A DNA stretch of 64,000 bases from Mobula birostris (GCF_030028105.1 NC_092383.1:87811921-87875920); one strand, 5' to 3'. Shown: positions 10,996 through 23,979, counted from the first letter of the stretch. The notes: generated from the letters alone by a model not told the origin. Numbers and translations are program-made.

Positions 10996-12400
10996 TTCAG
11001 ATCACTATTTAGAAAGATTCCAGAAATTACACTCAGTGCCCATTTTACGGCTACTGAGGTATGTTCATAATCAATAAAATGTGAGAACACAGCTTTCAGG
11101 AAGGTGATGACTGCTTTGCTGGATGTTGATTGCAGTGTTGCAATATCTGGGTAATTGGAAAAGTAGTTTGTTACAACAATGTGATTCTTCCCATTACAAT
11201 CAAACAAACCCACTCCAACATTGAAGTACCAGCTGTCTGGTACAGGTGTTGGTGTAAGCAGTTCTGCTTGCTAATTTCTTGTCTGTAGGTAAGGCCTATT
11301 TCACATGAAGCGATGGTCTGGTTGATGTCTCAGTTTATTCTTGACCAGTATATCACTTCACAAGCTCTACGTTTACATCTTCTTCACCAAGATGCCCTTT
11401 GTACATCCTCTGGAGCATTTCCTTGCATAGCAGCACCAGAATCACAAAACTGTTCCATTTGAGGACCATACCTTTCACTACGAACAGTTCAGCTCTGGAT
11501 GCCCAAGAATCCTGAATACTCATTGGACAGTCATTCTTCGCTGCTGTCAATGCTTTCCATATTGTATCTTTGAGTTCTTTCATTGTTTTACCTGACCCTG
11601 CTGCTTTCCTAATCTGCTCTGTTCTTCTTGGAGATATTGGAAGGGAGGTGCTAATCATGTCAACAAAGACCTGTATATCTGAATTAACTTCTTGATCAAT
11701 CTGTTCTTTCTCATAAATTGCACAAGACAACGCATCAGCAGCAAACTTTTATTTTCCCACAGTGTAGATCATCTTCACATCATATTTCTGCAGCCTTCTC
11801 AACATGTGCTGTATCCTCATGGGACAGTCATTCAGTGGTTTGGACAGGAATGAGACCAATGGTTTATGGTCTGTCTCCACTTCAAAATCTTGTCCATAGA
11901 TGTACTGATGGAACTTTTTGCATGCATATTTGCTGGCGAGAAATGCTTTCTCTATTTGTACGTAGTTGTCTTCCACGCTTGCTAAAACCCTTGACGCACA
12001 GGTCACAGGTTGACATATGTCATCATGCTGCTGCAGTAGTACTGTTTCAAAGCCATTTCGGGACGCATCAGCTGAGGTCCTAGTACACTTTTCTGGATCA
12101 TAAAACTTCAGCCTGTCTCTTCAGTTATGACTCTTTTCTCTTTTCAGCATTTGAAAACAATCTTCTTGCCCATGAGATAACTTTTGATGCTCAAGCAGTG
12201 ACATAAGTGGTTTGACACAGCTGATAGTTAAGGGTGAATGTAGCCAGATAAATCACCATCCCCAAGAAATGTCTCAGCTCCTCTTTGTTTATGGGCCTCT
12301 CCATGTTTTCAGCGTCCGACGTCTTTCTTGGGGCAGCCACGACACCCGCTTCAGATATGACATTGTGGTGAACTCCTCGCATTGCCCACTGGAAACTGAA
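10995..12400 (-). mobile_element. Degenerate Ty3/Gypsy pol fragment (RT, RNase H, integrase)
   Basis: Minus-strand motifs LFDCNGKNHIVVTNYFSNYP, VETDHKPLVSF, RIQHMLRRLQKYD, RHFLGMV; many stops. Copies ~44200-45620 and 54573-54660 (partial). Confidence 0.85.
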
Positions 12401-13999
12401 GTTTTTATTATCTAACATAATAACACGCAGAGTATCTAATAAAGTGGCCACTGAGTATATTTCCCAGCAAAAACCTGCTCACATGAGCAAGTTCCTGGGT
12501 AGGCTGCATAACATGTTGCTCTGAAATTAATTCCTCATGTACTCTACAATTTTTTTCTCTTTTATACCCTCGCCAGTTTGGTGCTTGCAATCAATATGAA
12601 GGAGCTTTTCATTGATATTCGAAAGTAGGATGCAGTACATGATTGTGTCTTTATCATTAATGCAGAGTTGGAGATGGGTGAGAACTTCAGTCACAGCTGT
12701 AGATATCACTAAGAATTTGTCCTGGCCCTGCCATATAGATGCTACAATAAGAAAGCACATTGACCCTCTACTTCATCAGAAGCTTAAGGGAATTTGGCAT
12801 CTCCAATGACCCTCACCAATTTTTGTAGATGCACCACAGAAAGCATCCTATCTGGATGAATCATTATTTTTATAGCAACTGCTCTGCCGAAGACCACAAG
12901 AGCTAAACCAGTCTCCCTTCTTTGGTCTCTCTCTGTACTTCTGTCTCTTGTCTATGGCTCAGGAAAGCATCCATCAAAAATTAAGGACACCTTTCACCCT
13001 AGTAGTTTGCTCTTCTCCCTCCTCCTGTCTATCAGAAAGTGCAAATGCTTGAGAGCATGTACCACCAGGCTCGAGGACACCTTCTGCACCACTGTTAACA
13101 GATCCTGAGCAGACCTTTCAGACACTCAAAGTTGAACCCTAGATCTTCCATTCTACTTCATTGTGGCCCTTGCACTTTCTATGTAACTGCATATTACATT
13201 CTGCATTTTGTTTTCTTTTTACTGCCTTGACATACTGATGTAGAGAATGATCTGTCTGGAGGGAGTTCAAACAAAAACTTTCCAGTGAATCTCGGTACAT
13301 GTGACAATAATCAATCAATTCCAATTCCCACTAAACTTTCCAGTGACGATTGCAGTCCCCTTCAAACATGCCTTTGTGATTTCCACATTTATGCTCCGAA
13401 GTAATGTAGGATCACATTTTGGGAGGTGGGGGTGGGTGTAGACAACTCCTATCTTCGCTTTGTACTTAGTGATTTTAACCTATTCTGATTCAACATTACT
13501 ACCCACAGACTGAACCTGAACAACTCAAAACCCACTGATACCTTCCTTGATTAATAACACTTCTGCCACCTCATTTATGGTTTGTCCATTTGTTCTGGAA
13601 CATTACGTAATCTGGATGAATGAGTACTCAGTCCTGGTCACCCTGTAAACATTCAATTTCCCCCGAGCTTCTCATAATCCTTCATCAGAAACTCCATCCT
13701 ATTCCTGCCTATGTCCTCAGTACCAATGCTAACCATGGGATCTTCCCCATTCCCCAACTCCAACTTCTGCTTCAGCTCAGAAGGAATATACTTCCCCCTA
13801 ACACACACAGACAACACAACTTGGAGCATTTTGAAAGTTGTGAAAGAAGTTTAATAATGTGTGTAACAGTGAGAAGGATTCTCATTCCTTTTGCTAATTA
13901 CCTCAGTTAATACATTGCAATGTAAGTTGCTTTTTATAATGCTGTTTACATTGTAAATATATGCTGGTATTTATGAATTTATGTAAATTTTATTCCAAA

Positions 14000-15150
14000 G
14001 AGCATAAGACATAGGAACAGAATTAGGTAATTTGTGCTCCACCAATCCATTAATACCTTTCTCAAACCCATTCTCCTGACGTCTCCCTGTAACCTTTGAC
14101 ATCCAGACTAATCAAGGTTCTGGAAACCTTCACTTTAAATATACCCCATGATGTGGCCTCCACAGCTGTCTGTGGCAATGGATTCCACAGTTTCACTATT
14201 CTCTGGCTGAAGAAATTCCTCTTAAATGGACATACCTCTATTCCCAGGCTATGCCCACTGGTCCGAGACACTCACGTGAAAGAAAGCATCCTCTCCACAT
14301 TTCATAGTCTATCCTGTCATTTCAATAGTCAGTTGGTTTATGAGATCGCCCAACATCATTTCATTCTTCTAAACATCAGTGAGTATAGGCTCAGAGCGAT
14401 CAAATGCTAATTAAACATTAACCCTTTCTTTCCTAAAATCATTCTTGTGACCCTCTCCAATGCAAGCACATCTTTTCTTAGATAAGAGGAGCAAAACTGC
14501 TCACAATACTCTGTGCGATCTGACCAATGGCCTATGAAGCCTCAGCATTACATCCTGGCTTTTATATTCTAGTCCTCTCGATATGAATGCTGACATAACA
14601 TTTACCTTCCTGACTTTACACTGACTCAACCTGCAAGTTAACCTTTAAGGAATCCTGCAAAAGGACTCCTTTGTACCTCTGAATTTTGAATTTTCTCCCC
14701 GTATAGAAAATAGTCCATCCTTTTATCTGTCTAAGACCTTCTGCAGACTCCCTGTTACCTCAGTACTATCTGTCTTTGCACCTATCTTTACATCATCTGT
14801 AAACTTGGCCCCAATGCGATCAATTCCATCATCCAAATCATTGACATAACATGGAAGGTAGTCCTAACACCAGACCCTGTGGAACATCACTAGTCATCAG
14901 CAGCTAACCAGAGAAGTCCCCTCTATTCCCATTCTTTGCCTTCTGCCAGTCAGCCAATATTCTATTCCTGCTAGTATCTTTCCAGTAATTCCACAGGCAC
15001 TTATTTTGATAAGCAGCCTCATATGTGCCACCTCGTCAAAGGTCTTCTGAAAATCCAAGTAAAAAACATCTAGTGACCCTCCTTTGTGTCTCTTGCTTGT
15101 TATTTCCATAAAGAATTCCAACAGATTTATCAGGCAAGATTTCCTCTTAC
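14000..15150 (-). mobile_element. Degenerate CR1 LINE 3' fragment
   Basis: YLDFQKTFDEVAH and RIVKLWNPLP motifs on the minus strand; paralogue ~56180-57140. Confidence 0.8.
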
Positions 15151-15523
15151 CTCTAACCTCTATCCTTGAAAGAATAAAGAAATAGATAATTCTTCATTCT
15201 TTCTAATGGTTTTTTGTTGCATGTTGCATCAACAAACACCACAGTAAATTCCAAATACGTGTAAATGTAAATAGTAAATAAAATGTATCCTTGATCCTTA
15301 ACGCTTCGCTTATGGTACTTGGCCATCTGAAGATGACTTCAGCAGGAGGGGACTGCATTGGATCACCAGACTGGAAATTCTTGCTCAAACCGCTGGTATC
15401 AGGTTTGAACCAAGAATCAACCCGCACATTGCAGGAGACCTCCTAGCTGGGGCACTGCAGACACATCATGGAGACAGAAATTGCTTTAAGACATTCAATG
15501 AGCAGATATTTGATCCACTTTAG

Positions 15524-15650
15524 CTCCAGAAAAGAAGGCAACCACCTTGGAAATTTCCACTGAAACCATGTGGACCACTTCACCTCAGAATGAGATGTCC
15601 ACCAGGAAAGCAGAATCCACTGAGTCTTCAGTTTCCTCACGTCAGATCAG
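15524..15650 (+). CDS. Gene 1, Ser/Thr-rich stalk exon
   Basis: Acceptor ccactttag, donor GTTAGT at 15651; 127 nt, phase 1-2; (A)PEKKATTLEISTETMWTTSPQNEMSTRKAESTESSVSSRQI. Phase fits the V exon and TM exon; an open paralogue lies at 57512. Confidence 0.8.
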
Positions 15651-15769
15651 GTTAGTCATTTCATGGGACAATTTGGCTTTACCTCAGCATTACAGTATTC
15701 AGAGAACAACTCACAGTAAATATCAGAGGAAAATGCAACTTTATCAGTACAGTAATATAGTGAAACTCA

Positions 15770-15870
15770 CACGAAATGCTGGAGGAACTCAGCAGATCAG
15801 GCAGCATCTATGGAAATGAATTAACAGTCAACATCTTGGGCCAAGACCTTTCATCAGGACAGGAAAGGAA
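15770..15870 (-). mobile_element. Penelope-like element terminal fragment
   Basis: Reverse complement gtcctgatgaaaggtcttggccc...gatgctgcctgatctgctgagttcctccagc; longer paralogue ~57745-58110. Confidence 0.65.
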
Positions 15871-15899
15871 TGGAGGAGATATCACCAAGAATCTATAGA

Positions 15900-16405
15900 A
15901 CTGAATAAAGTACCTGCAGAGACTTAATAGACAGATAAGTGGGTAACAGTTAGGAGAAGGAAGGGCAAGAGTCAGATACTAGAGAGCACCCCTATGGCTG
16001 TCCCCCTTAACAATAAATATTCCTGTTTGAGTACTGTTGCGGGGACAGCCTACCTGGGGGAAGCAACAGTGGCCGTGCTTCTGGCACAGAGTCTGGCCCT
16101 GTGGCTCAGAAGGGTAGAGAAAGGAAGAAGGCAGCAGTAATAGGTGACTATAGTTAGATGGTCAGACAGGCGATGCTGTGGATGCAGGAAAGAAACATGG
16201 ATGGTAGTTTTCCTCCAGAGCCAGAGTCCGGGATGTTTCTGATTGCGTCCACGATATCCTGAAGTGGGAAGGTGAACAGCCAGAGGTCGTGTTACATACT
16301 GGCACCAACGACAAAGGTAGAAAAAGGGAGGAGGTCCTGAAAACAGTCTACAGGGAGTTAGGAAGGAAATTGAGAAGCAGGACCTCAAAGGTAGTAATCT
16401 CGGGT
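15900..16405 (+). mobile_element. CR1 ORF1 (SGNH esterase) fragment
   Basis: Nucleotide similarity to ORF1 of the CR1 at 50721-51746 (VIGD, HTGTND-like segments); not present in the gene 2 paralogous intron. Confidence 0.7.
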
Positions 16406-16423
16406 TACTAATGGTTATTAATG

Positions 16424-16720
16424 GGGTGTCATGGTTGTGTAGTAGTTAGGTTAACGCTATTACAGCTCCAGAAACTCAGGTTCAATTCCCGTCACTGTCT
16501 GTAAGGCGTTAGTACATTCTCCCTGCGATTGCGTGAGTGTTCCAGATTCTTCCCACTTTCAAAATATATGTGTGTTAAGGTTGGTGAGTTGTGGGCACTG
16601 GAAACATGGCAACACTTGCAGGCTAGCCCCATCATATCCTTGGGTTGTGTTGGTTGCTGATGCAAACAACGTATTTCGCTATGTTTCGATGATAATATGA
16701 CAAATAAAGTTAATCTTTAT
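16424..16720 (+). mobile_element. tRNA-derived SINE
   Basis: tRNA-like head (A-box-like region, caggttcaattccc B box), body ending in AATAAA; paralogue ~58183-58480. Confidence 0.65.
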
Positions 16721-16937
16721 AAAGATATTAGATGTTTGTATTGGCATGGAGAGAGAAATGATCAACAGGTAGGAAGCAGTGAATAGGGACAATGGTGTCA
16801 ACTTCAGATTACAGGGCAGTGTCACGAGGCTAATGTTTGCAATGTTTGCCCTCCTACTTCAAAACATCCACCATTGTTCCTGTACCTAAAAAGACCAAGG
16901 TAACATGCTGAATGACTAGTGTCCTGTTGCACTTACC

Positions 16938-17596
16938 CAGACATCCTACCCTGCAAAAACTCATTTCAGGGAGGTAGCACCATCAATTTGCAGGAGACTT
17001 CCGGAGAGGTGGGACGTCTGCAATAGAGTAGCTCCTTGGCAGCTAGCCAGCTAGTTTAAATAACGTTAGCTTTGCTAATGAACGAATGACACCTGTTAAA
17101 CTCACCTCAACATGTCTTTTACAGTCTGAACCCACCATGGGCAATAGAAAAGTCACTGTTTCAAACAGTGCAGCGAGCAACACTGTCATTATTTTGACCC
17201 CTATTAGGCAGGGGTACACTTTAGTGTAGTCTGGGGTGACGTACATTTCATTTTTTTTTGGAACACTCTGCCATGGCGCGCTCTTGCTCGCGCTCTCTCT
17301 CTCTCTCTCTCTCGTGGTCGCTCACGGGTTCTCGCTTGCTTTCTCTCTCACTCGTTCTCTCTCCCTCTCTCGCTCACGCACTCTCGCTTGCTTTTGCTCT
17401 CGCTTGTTTTCTCTCTCGTTCTCTCTCTCGTATGCACGCTCACGCTCGTGGCCGCTCTCGCACTCTCTCTTGCTTTTCTCTCGCTCGCTCTCAAAAAAAT
17501 TGATTTCCGTGGTAGTCTATATAATTTGCAGGCATCAGTGAGCCACTGTTAATATGCGGGAGACTCCCGGAAGTTCCGGGAGAGGTAGGATGTCTG
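16938..17596. mobile_element. Non-autonomous DNA transposon (659 bp) with 13-bp TIRs
   Basis: CAGACATCCTACC at 16938 and GGTAGGATGTCTG ending 17596; internal (CT)-rich tract. Empty site at ~58691-58700 implies an imperfect 6-bp TSD (CTCACC). Confidence 0.8.
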
Positions 17597-17599
17597 CTC

Positions 17600-18785
17600 A
17601 CTTCAATAATAAACAAATGCTTGGAGAGGCTGGTCAAGGACTACACCTGCAGCACACTACCACCCGTACTGGACCCCCTGCAATTCACCTACCGACACAA
17701 CTGATCGACAGATGACACAATAGCCACAGCTATACACACCATCCTTACACACCTGGAGATGAAGAATGTTTATGGGAGAGAATGCTGTTCTTAGACTACA
17801 GTTCAGCATTCAACACCATAATTCCCTTCAAGCTTGACAAGAAGCTCAGAGACCTCGACCTTCACACTGCCTTGTGCAGCTGGATCCTGGACTTCCTGTC
17901 ACCTCTGCCCCTCTGACCCTCAACACAGGAGCCCTTCAGGGCTGTATCCTAAGCCCTTCCTTTACTCTCTGTACACCATGACTGTGTCACCACCCACAGC
18001 TCCAATCTGCTAATTAAATTTGCTGATGATACTACATTGATTGGCCTTATCTCAAATAATAATGAGGCGGCCTACAGAGAAGAAGTCATCACCCTGACAC
18101 AGTGGTGTCAAGAGAACAACCTCTTCCTCAATGTTACAATAACAAAGGAGCTGATTGTGGACAACAGGAGAAATGGAGACAGGCTAACCCCTATTGACAT
18201 CAATGGATCTGGAGTTGAGAGGGTGAACAGCTTTAAGTTCCTCAGTCTGTGTGGTGAAAAAAGCACAACAGTGCCTCTTTCACCTCAGACAGTTAAAGAA
18301 GTTTGGCATGAGTCCCCAAATCCTAAAGAGTATCTATAGGGGCACAGTTGAGAGCATCCTGACTGGCTGCATCACTGTCTGGTATGGGAGCTGTACTTCC
18401 CTCTGCAGAGAGTGGTGCGGACAGCCCAACGCATCTGTAGATGTGAACTTCCCACTATTCAGGACCTGTACAAAGACAGGTGTGGAAAAAGGGCCGGAAG
18501 GTACATTGAGAACACCAACCACAAATTGTTTCAGGTGCTATCATCAGGGAAATGGTACTGCAGCATTAAAGCCAGGACCAACAGTTCTCTGACACAGTTT
18601 CTTCCACCAGGCCATCAGACTGACTAATTCAGGCTGGTGCAATTTTATTTCTATGCTATATTGACTGTCCTGTTCTACATATTATAAATTACATATTGCA
18701 CATTTAGACAGAGACATAATGTAAAGATTTTAACTCCTCATGTATATGAAGGATGTAAGAAATAAATTCAATTCAATTCCAATAT
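17600..18785 (+). mobile_element. Degenerate Rex1/Babar LINE 3' part
   Basis: KFADDTTLIG, LRQLKKFGMSP, ESILTGCITVWYG motifs; AATAAA + (TTCAA)n tail; paralogue ~58700-59875. Confidence 0.85.
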
Positions 18786-18829
18786 ACAGTACAGTAGCCA
18801 CCCCTACAGGCAATGTTTTGATCATCTAC

Positions 18830-19850
18830 CTACAGAAAAGGTGCCAATAAGGTTGAAAGAGTACAGAAAAAAAATTCAAGTATGTTTCCAGGATGGGCAG
18901 AGTTATATGGGGAGATTGAATAGGTTAGGACTTTATTTCTTGGAAAGTATGTGGTGTATAGATAGGATAAATGCAAGTAGTTTTTTTTTCCACTGAATTT
19001 GGGTGCAACTGCAACTAGAGATTATGGGTTAAGGGTGAAAGGTGAAATGTTTAAGGGAAACATGACAGGAAATATCTTCACTCAGAGTGTTGTGAGTGTG
19101 TGGAATGAGCTACCAGTGCAAGTGATGTGAGCGAGCTCAATTTCAATGTTTAAGAGAAGTTCAGATAGCTACATGGATGGGAGGGGTGAGCGGGCTATGA
19201 CCCAGATGCAGGCCAATGGGAGTAGTCAGTTTAAATGGTTTGGCTTGGACTGGATGGGCCATAGGGCCTGTTTCTCTCCTGTACTTTTCTACTTCACTAT
19301 GACTCAATGTAAAGATAGGCAGGAAAGTAAGCTGTGAGGTGGGTAATAATTCACAGAGATTCTGAAAGATTAAACGAGTGGACGAAGATGTGAAGTTGAT
19401 ACTTTGGAAAGATGAGCGAAAGAACATTAAAACTATTTGAGTAGAGAAGAAACTGCAGAAAGTTGCAGTGTTAAAAGGTTTGGGTATCCTTGTGCACAGA
19501 AAGCCAGCACATAGTGAATCAGGTCAGGAAGGCTAATGGACCGTTGGCCATTTCTTCACCAGGGTTGGAGTATCATGGCAGGGAAGTCTTCTGGTTGCTA
19601 GTGAGACCTCATTTAGAGTATCGTGAATAACTTTGATCTTCCTATTTATGAAAAGATTTCATGAAGGCAGTTCAGAGAAGGATCTCTGGGGTGTTCCTGG
19701 AGGGATCCTGGAGGCCTGCAGGGATTGTCCAACAAAGTTAAAAGTTCAGCATTTTGCAACACTAGACTTTCATGCATACTCCAATGAGTGTGCAGTCTAC
19801 TTTTAGAAGGGTGCAAGATGATCTTATTAAACTATGTAAGATTTTTTCTG
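18830..19850 (+). mobile_element. Two adjacent degenerate CR1 3' fragments
   Basis: FTQSVVSVWNELP-type CR1 C-terminal sequence; paralogue ~59930-60960. Confidence 0.65.
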
Positions 19851-21340
19851 GGGGTGATCAACATAAATTGTGAGAGGGAAGCACAAAAGACTGCAGATGT
19901 TGGAATCTGAATATAAAAATATCAAACCCCTGGAGGAACTCAATATGCCAAGTAGCCAAACCCCTGCATCAGGGGTGAGAGGGTAAAGAGCAGACCGTCA
20001 GTATAAATAGGTGACAGGGAGGAAAGTGGTAGGGACAGATAGGTGATAGGTGGGACCAGATGATGTGGGATTAATGGGCAGGTAAGGGTGGGGGACAGGA
20101 AAGTTCAGACACAAGAGGCTGCTGGGTGATCAGAAAGAAGAGATAAGGACCTAAAAAAAGGTCAGGTGGAGTCAAGTGGGGGAGGGGAGGGTGAAGGTGA
20201 GGTCAAAGGCTGGAGACTGATAAGTGGAACTCGATGAAAGTATGATAACCAGATAAAACCAGGTAGGGAGGAAAGGGATAGAAACGGTAAGGCCAAAGGA
20301 GAGGAAACCCAGGTGGATAAGTGTATAAGTGAGTGATGGGCAGAGGGAGAGGGAAAGGTGAACAAAGGGAGAGGGAATGAGGAAGGAACATGAAGGTGTT
20401 AATCAGTCTATTGTTTTGGGAGAAGTAACTGGTCTTGAGTCCAGTGGTGCTGGTGTGGATATTGTATAGTCTCTTTCCTAATGGGAGAGAGAGAAAGAGA
20501 TGGACAGGATGGCTGTAATCCTTCATAATATTGCTGGCATTTTACCAGTACCTTTCTGTATATACTGCGTGTCCTTGAAAAGCGTCGGGAAAAGGCAAGC
20601 AATATCATGAGGGATCCTACCCACCCTGCTGACGGACTGTTTGGCTCCCATCAGGACTCACTTTTTTACAACCTTCTACAGGAACCTGCCATTTACTGTG
20701 TAAGTCCTGCCTTGGTTTACCTTCCCAAAATGTAACACTTCACACTAATCCTACTTAAATTCTATCTGCTATTCTTTGCCCCGCTCTCCAAATAAATAAA
20801 GATCCCGTTATAATCAAAGAAAACTTCTTTATTGTCCACTAAACACCAATTTTGGTGTCATCTGCCTGGAAACTATATGAGTCATGCCAGTTACTCGCTC
20901 ATCCAAATGGTTAATATGGACAACAAACAAGTGGGTACATAGCACCATTTCCTGCGGTACAGGGCTCAGTACTGAAAAACAACCCTCCAATTCATCCCTC
21001 TGACTCCATCCACCAGAACAATTCTATATCCTCCACTTCAGCTGGCTGCAAATTCTACACTCTCACCAACCTCTGATTGAAGAAGTTCACCCTCATATTC
21101 CCCTTAAATATTTCACTGTTCACACCTAACCCATGACCTCAAGTTCTAGTCTCATCCAACGTCTGTGGAAAATAGCTTGTGAGCATTTACCCTGTCTAAA
21201 CCCCTCATAATTTTGTAAACCTCTATCAAGTCTCGCTTCATTTCTCAATGCACCAGGGAATAAAGTCCTAACATATTCAAACGTTCCCTACACTGTTTCG
21301 GTTACTGATTACTTTGTGAGCAATAATTATATTTTCTTAG

Positions 21341-21454
21341 TCCATCAGGAACACAACGGAAAATTCACCACTTTTGGGCTCTGACCCGCTGGATAGTCTT
21401 TGGAGTTCTGGTTCTTTGCACCGTTTCAATACTTTGCATGACAGCTGTTCAAAG
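21341..21454 (+). CDS. Gene 1, transmembrane exon with intramembrane Arg
   Basis: Acceptor attttcttag, donor GTATAT at 21455; 114 nt, phase 2-2; (S)PSGTQRKIHHFWALTRWIVFGVLVLCTVSILCMTAVQ(R). Read-through past the donor would stop at TGA 21516-21518. Confidence 0.8.
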
Positions 21455-22131
21455 GTATATTGTTTCCAATCTCTTCACTTCCATGTTCACACTAAATGCA
21501 ATCAAAGGCAGAATCTGAAGAGTTGCTGTGAATTCCCTGAGATAACTGCTTCACATAGGAGAGATTATAACCTGCACATTAAGTCAAAGTTGAGTTGATT
21601 GTCATTTGCATAGATACGTGCATGCACAAGTTCAACAAAGAACATGCAGCAACAACACAGACAGAGTATCAGGTGCACAACATTAAAACATGAATTATAT
21701 AAAACTATAAAAGAAAGAACTCAATTAGACAAAAAAATCAATTATTGCAAAGACGTCAAAGTGATCATATAGTTGCCATACAGCAATGCCTCAAAAAGTG
21801 GCGTCCATTATTAAGGGCTCCCATCACCTAGCACGCGACCTCTTCTACAAGAGACACAGGATCCTGAAGGCACACACTCACCAATAGAATTCTCACCAAT
21901 ACAATACCAATTCTCCCCCTCTGCCATCTGATTTCTGAATCAAAATTGAACCCATAAACTTACCTTACTGCTTTTTTCAGCACTACTTATTTATTTTCAC
22001 TGTTTTACATATATATACTTACTGTAATCCAGTTTTTTATTCTTATATATTGCAATGTCCTGCTGCTGCAAAAACAACAAATTTTAAGATATATGCCAGA
22101 GATATTAAACCTGATTCTGATTCTGATTACA

Positions 22132-22420
22132 GAGTGCCACGTTATTGTAGCAGTTAGCGAGATGCTATTACAGCTCGGGGCAGCAGAGCTCAGAATTCAA
22201 TTCCTGTATCCTCATTAAGGAAACCTGTAGGTCTTTCCCAAGTGCACGTGGGTTTCCTTGAGTGCTGTGATTTCCTCCCACAGTCCAAAGACATACCAGT
22301 TCGTAGGTTAATTAGTCTATGTAAGTTGCTCTATGATAAGCCTGGGGTTAAAGAGGTGGGTTACTGACCGGCCACAACTCACAGGGCCAGAAGAGCCTGT
22401 TCCACACTGTATCTCTAAAT
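22132..22420 (+). mobile_element. tRNA-derived SINE (V-SINE/HE1-like)
   Basis: tRNA-like head, central gtgggtttcct...tttcctcccacagtccaaagac motif, AATAAA tail; paralogue ~63583-63870. Confidence 0.65.
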
Positions 22421-23769
22421 AAATGAATACTGAGATAGAGATTACGGTTCTGCAGTTCCTTCAAGAACCAAATGGTTGAACCTTGAACCTGGTGATGTCA
22501 AACTTCAGGCTTCTGTACCTCCTGTCCGATGGTAGCTGTGATAAATGCATAGTCCAAATGATGGATCTTGCACGATGGTTGTTGCCTTCACAAGGCTCCG
22601 GCACCTGTAGATATGCCCAGTGGTGGGGAAGGATGTTCCCATGATGTAATAGGCAAAGTCCACTACCCTCTTCAGCTACTTATTTTTCTGCAATTACCAG
22701 ACCACGATGTAACAAGTCAAGATACTTTCAAAAGTACATATTTAGAAGCTTGTTAGAGAGCTCCTTGAAATATTGAATCTCTTTGACTTTCTTTGGCATG
22801 CAATTTTTGTGATTGTATCTACTAACCATTATCCTTGGAGTGAAACAGCAGCGGCGACACACAAATGGTTATACGCCTGAACAAAATGTGTATAGACCAT
22901 ATGAGAAGAATAATATTGAAATGAAGGCTAATAACTGTATTTGAATTCAGATTCACATGTACATTGCAACATACAATGAAATGCATCATTTCCATTAACA
23001 ACCAGCACACACAAGGACATTCACAAGTGTCACCACACATTATGGTAACAAAATAGTATTCCACATTTCTCCGCAGAACAATGTAAGCAACAACCGCAAC
23101 AACAACAACAAAACAAATCAATAACAGCAAAACTAGTCCCTTTCCCGTCCCTTCCATACACTAACTCACCACCCCACCCCACACACATAGACAATCAGGC
23201 CTGCAACCCAGGCCAGGCCACCTCAAGGCCTTCAGTCCTTGAGCCAGATTCTCAAACTCAATCTATAAAAATTATTCTTCTGATGAAATGGCACTGCACA
23301 CTCATGCTTAGCTTTTCAGGGCTAGAGAGGGTGGTCACCATTTGGAGACATACAAATCTCATCACATGCATGCCCTGACACTACGCTTCCATTTACCTCC
23401 AATCTAATTTCACCATACCCTTCTGACATGTTACTAGACAGCTCCCCCACCCCACCCACTCCCCAAACAACTTTATGGCACTTCACTCACAACTCCTGCA
23501 GCAAACAGCTCACAGTCTTCTCCCTTTGGGCCCCACCAGCCTGCACATCATCCAACATCCACACTCCACGCACTACAGCCCCAAGGAAGCCACACAGTTT
23601 AACAGACTCACACACCAGCCTACCAACACACCATCCACATCACCACCACATAAATCCATCCATCCCTGACACTCCACCTGGAGACTATCAACAGTGTCTC
23701 TTGATGAGAAATATCATCAATCACATTGCAAATTCTCACCTCTTAATCAGTGACTTTCTGTTTTTCTAG

Positions 23770-23851
23770 ACAAGCAAATGAGAAAGTCCATGAAAAGCAG
23801 AACCTACGACTAAGACAAATCAGCCCAGTTTCCAGACCAGAGATTCGCTGA
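23770..23851 (+). CDS. Gene 1, terminal cytoplasmic exon (short, no tyrosine)
   Basis: Acceptor ttctgtttttctag; phase 2 entry gives (R)QANEKVHEKQNLRLRQISPVSRPEIR-stop (TGA 23849-23851), followed by AATAAA at 23980. Confidence 0.65.
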
Positions 23852-23979
23852 AAGGACCGGTAGTATTTTGACCTGAACTCACAAGTTGCTCTCAGTGATG
23901 TGAAATGTTTTACTTTTTACCAAATGAAAGATTGTGTAAAATTTTGCACAAACAATAATGGTCAAAATAATCCAGATTG

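Larger units (their letters stand above)
10995..22600 (+). repeat. Segmental duplication block B (intron 2 to intron 4), copy in gene 1
   Basis: 10995-13190 aligns with ~44200-46412; ~12325-22600 aligns with 54573-64000. Confidence 0.95.

Noticed and set aside
13510-13560. Possible short terminal exon after cccacag (secreted isoform); paralogue at ~55772 reads DSTLTTQHHSDIFPD-stop
   Set aside because: The gene 1 copy has an immediate stop, the polypyrimidine tract is poor, and there is no other support.
22822-23157. Minus-strand ORF with a hydrophobic stretch (GLVLLLLICFVVVVAVVAYIVLRR) resembling a TM exon
   Set aside because: Antisense to the receptor gene; the hydrophobicity comes from the reverse complement of a (CAA)n-like tract in repeat sequence.
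23428-23769. 113-aa Thr/Pro/His-rich ORF resembling a mucin stalk
   Set aside because: Lies downstream of the TM exon so it cannot be an ectodomain stalk; C-rich low complexity with no convincing splice sites.
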